DNA of 62,685 bases from Candidatus Heimdallarchaeota archaeon (GTDB lineage: Archaea; Asgardarchaeota; Heimdallarchaeia; Heimdallarchaeales; Heimdallarchaeaceae), in the NCBI GenBank assembly GCA_018238545.1, contig JABCTC010000022.1:1-62685 (forward strand). Direction: 5' to 3'. Position numbers and translations under genes: made by a program. Position 1 is the stretch's first letter; every line of letters begins with the position of its first letter. Positions 57,826 through 62,685 of this stretch are shown piece by piece. A model generated the notes under the pieces. The model did no database searches and was not told the origin of the DNA. It was given only the letters and a program-made list of their open reading frames with translations.

Positions 57826-60189
57826 TTGAATAAAAAATTAATAACTTTAATATGTCTAATTATCCTTACTACCAGCAGTTTTTCGATGCTTGTTGTTAAT
57901 GCAGCTCCTGGTGATATAGGATTTATGAAAATCGAGCTCAAAGACGTGAACATCATTGATGATCATGATGGTGCTCTACTTGGCACAGGTGAGATATACT
58001 TCAAATTCAATATGAACGGTTCAGAATTGCGTACTGCTAAATACGAAGGTATTGATAATGGAGATAATGTCACACTTAATTTTGTGTTCTTTGAAAGCTT
58101 AGTGAAAGAAGGAAGTGATTTCTTCCTTTTTATTGAAGTCTGGGAAGAAGACACAGCAGATGCAGATGATTATGTAGGAGAATATAATTTTACTCTTCTA
58201 CCAATAGTTTTTGCAGATATTATCTCTTCTTGGGGTTACAATCATGTGATAGTTGTAACAGGCACCGACGCTATCTTCTATCTTGAAATAACTGTTGACG
58301 ATGCACCTACTATCCCTCCTGAGGTTGATGATACGCCTTATATTACTGTCACTTTGACTAGTGCTATTATTCACAATAAGCATGAAGCAACAGGAAAAGG
58401 TGATGGAGAAATTTATTTCAGTTATGAAGTGAATGGAGTTAAAACCTCTACCACTGAGTATAAAGATATTGAAGATGGAGAAACGATTTTTGCTTATCTT
58501 GACTTATACAAGGGTCCACTGTTAGATGATGAATTTCAATTCATGATTACCTGCTGGGAAGCAGATATTGATTGGGATGATGAACTTGGTGGTGTGATTT
58601 TTGACTTTCCTGTATTCAATCCAGAATGGTACAGAGCAAACTATGGTAACAGTCATACTGAAATAATAGCTATTTCTGATGTTACTTTTTACATTGATAT
58701 ACTTGTAAACTATCCTGCTGTTCCTTCAGAGTATGAGATTATTCCTTTAGACGATGAAGTAGTAATTTACTTTGAGACTTCAAGAGATGCTCAAGTAACC
58801 ATCCACTATGGAACATCACAAGGATCTTTGGTTAGCACTTTGAATATGGTTGGTTTCAGAACAAGCCATAGTGCTTCTATGATAAACCTTAGTCCATTTC
58901 AAAGATACTATTTCAAAGTTGAAACACTAAGTCTAGATGGCGAAGTGTGGATAGATGACAATGGTGGACCAATGTATATGTTTGAGACTATAGACGATTT
59001 ACCAATCTACACAAAAATAACCAAAAATTTGGGATTAGAAGAATACTACTCTCAAGAATTATCTGGAGGTGTAAGTTTCGTTGATTTCAGTATAGGAATG
59101 TTTGCCGGATTGTATGTTCCACTCATATTCTCTCAACTGACACCTAGGTACCTTATACCTGGAAACAGTGTCTCTTCTGAAGTAACTATAAGCCCTGAAG
59201 AAGGTTTTGTAGGTGCTGAATTGACAGGAGAAATTTCTGTGTATGGATATAAGTTACAGCTGTTTGAACCTGTTAGCTATTTCTATAATTTCCTAACACC
59301 TTTTGGAGATTTAACACTATATTCATTCGGTTATTCCTATGCTTTAGGTACTCTGAATAGATCAGATGGTATATACTCTGTTGATCTTACTGCTAGTGTT
59401 GATGTATTGTTTGAAGTAGGAATTTACCTAGAAACAAATGTTACAATGGATTTTGATGGACCTGTTGATGATGGCACACCAACTAGTTATGTTATCGATG
59501 AGGGGCAAGAAACAAAAATCCATGGAGATACAGTTTCATCTTCAGCAACCGATGGAGAAGAAGTAATTTGTAATGCAAATGCTACGCTACAATTCAATAA
59601 CTTATACTTCAGAATAGCTCAAGTTAATCTTTCAATAGTAGGAGAAGTTGATACAATTGTTGCATCTGATACTATTGACTTTGCTTACAGAGTTGTTGGA
59701 GAAGGAGCTCTGTTTGAGCCTATTACACTACCTGTTCTTAACGATTGGTTATTCCCAGTTGTGCTCAAACATGACTATCTACAAACAACTTCAGAAGTTG
59801 ATGCAGTAAATCCAGATATATCTGGAATTGATGATACTAAGAACACAGATACAGAATATACAGTTGAAGCTGTTGTAACAGATAATAATGCTGTATGGGA
59901 AGTACTCGCTTCAGTGTCACTTGATGGTGGTGCAGACCAAAATTACCTTATGACACATGTTTCTGGGGATACTTACGAAGTTTCGCTTACCATTCCACAA
60001 GGTAGTACAGCGGAAGTTACCGTTGTTGCAAGAGATGTAGCAGGAAGAATTATTGGATCTTTGATTTACCAAATATTTAATCCTGCAGCTATTCCAGAAA
60101 TGTCTAAAGGTATCATAATACCTCTATTCTTATTGACAAGTATTGTGTTAATACCTATACTACTCAAATCAAAAAAGCAAAAGATCTAG
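57826..60189 (+). CDS. Large surface protein: two C2-like domains, FN3-like domain, C-terminal sorting signal
   Basis: Signal peptide; repeats GEIYF...VWEED..DDYVG and GEIYF...CWEAD..DDELG; VTIHYG...YYFKV; IPE + TM + KKQK. Confidence 0.75.
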   Translation: MNKKLITLICLIILTTSSFSMLVVNAAPGDIGFMKIELKDVNIIDDHDGALLGTGEIYFKFNMNGSELRTAKYEGIDNGDNVTLNFVFFESLVKEGSDFFLFIEVWEEDTADADDYVGEYNFTLLPIVFADIISSWGYNHVIVVTGTDAIFYLEITVDDAPTIPPEVDDTPYITVTLTSAIIHNKHEATGKGDGEIYFSYEVNGVKTSTTEYKDIEDGETIFAYLDLYKGPLLDDEFQFMITCWEADIDWDDELGGVIFDFPVFNPEWYRANYGNSHTEIIAISDVTFYIDILVNYPAVPSEYEIIPLDDEVVIYFETSRDAQVTIHYGTSQGSLVSTLNMVGFRTSHSASMINLSPFQRYYFKVETLSLDGEVWIDDNGGPMYMFETIDDLPIYTKITKNLGLEEYYSQELSGGVSFVDFSIGMFAGLYVPLIFSQLTPRYLIPGNSVSSEVTISPEEGFVGAELTGEISVYGYKLQLFEPVSYFYNFLTPFGDLTLYSFGYSYALGTLNRSDGIYSVDLTASVDVLFEVGIYLETNVTMDFDGPVDDGTPTSYVIDEGQETKIHGDTVSSSATDGEEVICNANATLQFNNLYFRIAQVNLSIVGEVDTIVASDTIDFAYRVVGEGALFEPITLPVLNDWLFPVVLKHDYLQTTSEVDAVNPDISGIDDTKNTDTEYTVEAVVTDNNAVWEVLASVSLDGGADQNYLMTHVSGDTYEVSLTIPQGSTAEVTVVARDVAGRIIGSLIYQIFNPAAIPEMSKGIIIPLFLLTSIVLIPILLKSKKQKI

Positions 60190-60296
60190 ATTGATCTTTT
60201 CTTCTTATTTTCTTTTTTTTATGTAAATGAGTAACCTACTGATTCGTTAAATGGTTTGGTTTATTAACGTCGCTGTGATGATTCACTTAGAAAGAA

Positions 60297-60710
60297 ATGC
60301 ACAAACACAGAAACAGACATAAACATAATTATTTTGGAATAACACCTCTAATTTTATTGATTATAGGTGCGGTAGTTTACTTTGGATTCTATCGTGGATA
60401 TATTTCATACATGAGTTGGACCTTCTCACCCTTAGTGATAGTTATTATAATTGTTATCGTACTAGGAGGAGTAAGTTCTAGAAGAAAAAGGATGAGTAAA
60501 AGGAATCACGAAGAAGCAAATGTAAGAGCACAATCCCCTTATCGTAAGTACGAACCTCCAGCTGTTCGAGAAGAAAAGAAAGATTTCACTTCAACTCCAG
60601 ATTATCAATATAAAAATCATTATGAAATGCAATTTTGTAATTACTGTGGAATTAAACTAGAAACAGAAGAACAGAGTTTCTGTGTTAACTGTGGACAGAG
60701 AATTAATTAA
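60297..60710 (+). CDS. 2-TM protein with C-terminal zinc ribbon
   Basis: Two TM segments, FCNYCG...FCVNCG. Confidence 0.75.
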   Translation: MHKHRNRHKHNYFGITPLILLIIGAVVYFGFYRGYISYMSWTFSPLVIVIIIVIVLGGVSSRRKRMSKRNHEEANVRAQSPYRKYEPPAVREEKKDFTSTPDYQYKNHYEMQFCNYCGIKLETEEQSFCVNCGQRIN

Positions 60711-60797
60711 GAATTCTTTCTCTCTTCAACTATTATATTAACAGACAATTAATTTTGTCAATTAAGAAGATTAAAAAGATTCGAATTATACATTATT

Positions 60798-61991
60798 ATG
60801 GTAAATATGATTACGATTACACGTTTGTTTGGAACACCTTGGTGCTCTGATTGTAAGGTTTCCAAATCTTTTCTAGCTGATCAACGTATAGAATACAACT
60901 ATATTGATATTACAAACGATGAGGAAGCTGCTCTATTTGTTGAAAGTGTTAATGATGGCAAAAGAAAAGTTCCAACAATAGAATTTTCAGATGGAACTTA
61001 TCTTGTCGAACCTACCAATGCTGAGTTAGCAAATAAGCTTGGTTTAGTTTCACATCCTACAAAATCTTTGTATGATGTTCTAATTATTGGTAGTGGTCCC
61101 GCAGGATTAACTTGTGCCATTTATACCTCCAGAGAAGGGTTTGATACAATTGTTATCGAGAAAGGAGCTCTTGGCGGAAGGATGAATTTCACTGAGAGAA
61201 TAGAAAATTATCCTGGCTTTCCCGAAGGTATAGATGGTATCGATCTCGCTGCTAACTTCACAAAGCAATCTGAAAGATTCGGCGTAGAATTACTAAAAGC
61301 CACAGAAGTAACAAAGATAGAGAAAGAAGGAGAAATTTTCAGCGTAACAACCTCACATGGTGATAATATTAAGGCAAAAACCGTTGTTATATCAACAGGT
61401 AGTATTTACCGTACTCTTGGAACAGAAGGTGAGACGACCTTATTAGGTTACAAGATTCACTTCTGCCCCGTTTGTGATGGACCGTTTTACAAAGATAAGA
61501 AGGTTCTAGTTCTGGGTGGAGGGAATTCTGCTTTAGAAGAGTCACTCTTCCTTGCTCGTTTTGCATCTGAGATTTATGTGGTAGAAATAATGGACAATCT
61601 TACCGCTACAAAAGCTATTCAGGATCAAGTAGCTAAAGAACCAAAAATCAAAACTTTCACCAGCTACGAAATTCAAGAATACATTGTTGGAGAAAAGAAG
61701 AAACTAGAGGGCGTAAGATTCTTTGATAGAGCAAATAATAAGCAAGTAACTCTCAACCCTGATGGTGTTTTTCTGCTTGTAGGGCTTAAACCCAATACAG
61801 AAATTGCAGAAGGTGTTGTGGAACAGGATAAAAGAGGATTTATTAAAACTGATGAGAAACTGATGTCTAATATCTCGGGGCTTTTTGCTATAGGGGATTG
61901 CAGAAGCCAGTCAACTCAACAAGTTGCAGCTGCAGTTGGTGAAGGAGCAATAGTAGTTGCAAAGATTAGAGAACTCTTGAAAAAACATTAA
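60798..61991 (+). CDS. trxB: Glutaredoxin-like domain fused to thioredoxin reductase
   Basis: WCSDC...VPTI N-domain; GSGPAG, ENYPG, CPVCDG, GGGNSA, GLFAIGD. Confidence 0.92.
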   Translation: MVNMITITRLFGTPWCSDCKVSKSFLADQRIEYNYIDITNDEEAALFVESVNDGKRKVPTIEFSDGTYLVEPTNAELANKLGLVSHPTKSLYDVLIIGSGPAGLTCAIYTSREGFDTIVIEKGALGGRMNFTERIENYPGFPEGIDGIDLAANFTKQSERFGVELLKATEVTKIEKEGEIFSVTTSHGDNIKAKTVVISTGSIYRTLGTEGETTLLGYKIHFCPVCDGPFYKDKKVLVLGGGNSALEESLFLARFASEIYVVEIMDNLTATKAIQDQVAKEPKIKTFTSYEIQEYIVGEKKKLEGVRFFDRANNKQVTLNPDGVFLLVGLKPNTEIAEGVVEQDKRGFIKTDEKLMSNISGLFAIGDCRSQSTQQVAAAVGEGAIVVAKIRELLKKH

Positions 61992-62002
61992 TTATTTTCC
62001 TC

Positions 62003-62458
62003 TTATTTTTCCTCTTCTTCTTGATTTACTCTCTTTTTCTCCAATTCTTCCAATCTCTTTCTAGGGAGCATTTTCTTTTTACCTAGTTGAACTATTATGG
62101 GGATGATAGTTCCAAAAGTCAGCAAAGCTCCTATTGGTATAGGGGCCCAATCCAAAAACCAAATTAGATTGTTTGGTCCATAGGCTAAATCAATTATTAG
62201 GAGATATATTGACATTAGCAAAAAGAAAGTTGGACCTACAAACCAAGCTAGTTCAGGTCTTCTAACAACAATGATGTTCAGAATGTATATCAGTAAAAAT
62301 CCCAATGCTGGCCAATATACCCAGTCAAAAGTTCTGGGAGGATCGCCTATTGAATAATCTATGATTGCTAGAAAACCTGCCATAACTACTAAGTTGAGAG
62401 GTGTCACCCACCATCTGAATTTTTTAATACCACTATTTTCTTTTTTCTCTGTTATCAT
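62003..62458 (-). CDS. Hypothetical 4-TM membrane protein with internal repeat
   Basis: Two similar halves (IIDY...DWVYWP and IIDL...DWAPIP); GGTGA SD upstream. Confidence 0.7.
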   Translation of the reverse strand: MITEKKENSGIKKFRWWVTPLNLVVMAGFLAIIDYSIGDPPRTFDWVYWPALGFLLIYILNIIVVRRPELAWFVGPTFFLLMSIYLLIIDLAYGPNNLIWFLDWAPIPIGALLTFGTIIPIIVQLGKKKMLPRKRLEELEKKRVNQEEEEK

Positions 62459-62467
62459 TTCACTTCA

Positions 62468-62612
62468 CCATGAGTGACCTTTCCGAACGTTACCGAACAT
62501 TTAAGGTCTTTAACTGTTATCATCTCTGCATCGATTACTCTAAACAGTCCAACAGTGAGGATGACTCACGGCATCCACTGTCCCGTAGGTGAAGACCAGC
62601 GGGAATACTTTT
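62468..62612 (-). ncRNA. Candidate omegaRNA / right end overlapping the tnpB 3' end
   Basis: Successive minus-strand stems CCCG/CGGG, ACAGTGGATG/CATCCTCACTGT, GACTGTT/AACAGTT and GACCTT/AAGGTC. Loop CCGTGAGT can pair with GGTCAC or ACTCATGG at 62468-62479. Confidence 0.5.
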
Positions 62613-62683
62613 CTACCGATATTGCCTGCTGAGTTGCAATCAGCGTTAAGCAGGATACCGGTTTTGCTTCTGAATAAACCTCT
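62540..62683 (-). CDS. tnpB: TnpB RNA-guided nuclease, C-terminal 47 aa (partial, runs off the window; not in the ORF track)
   Basis: RGLFRSKTGILLNADCNSAGNIGRKVFP...TVDAVSHP matches the RuvC-III motif RGLF...NADxNxAxNI, with the catalytic Asp intact. Confidence 0.9.
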   Translation of the reverse strand, partial: RGLFRSKTGILLNADCNSAGNIGRKVFPLVFTYGTVDAVSHPHCWTV

Positions 62684-62685
62684 TT

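Noticed and set aside
1-62685. tRNA, rRNA, CRISPR-Cas, provirus or defence island
   Set aside because: No cloverleaf, rRNA-like GC-rich tract, spacer array, integrase, capsid or recognisable defence gene was found by eye.

Overview
AT-rich archaeal chromosomal segment, most consistent with an Asgard archaeon (Heimdallarchaeia-like; inferred from a stand-alone longin-like protein, a single-OB SSB, archaeal AsnA, AbrB-PhoU, TATA/BRE promoters, oligo-T terminators, and many zinc-ribbon membrane proteins and C-terminally anchored surface proteins). About 60 real CDSs encode peptide/sugar catabolism (M32, C11, M17, GH31), a Pst/PhoU locus with a PstC-PstA fusion, redox repair (MsrB, Grx-TrxB) and many one-component regulators with visible operators. 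No rRNA, tRNA or CRISPR array was seen. Two things stand out. (1) There are four traces of TnpB/IS607-type elements, three of them invisible in the ORF track: a structured right end with a covarying pseudoknot (candidate omegaRNA, 1-228) that truncates a flippase gene; a ~350-bp IS607 deletion derivative (~3030-3381); a 5' tnpB remnant inside a decayed gene (12220-12411); and a tnpB 3' end with structured RNA at the far end of the window. (2) There is an unusual ABC importer (43790-48971) whose two ATPases carry complementary degenerate motifs (LSAPD signature; Walker-B DD plus Q-loop E). This predicts one dead and one active composite ATP site, an asymmetry best known from heterodimeric exporters. 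The importer is flanked by an SPFH + HPS-like gene pair and a DUF47 protein.
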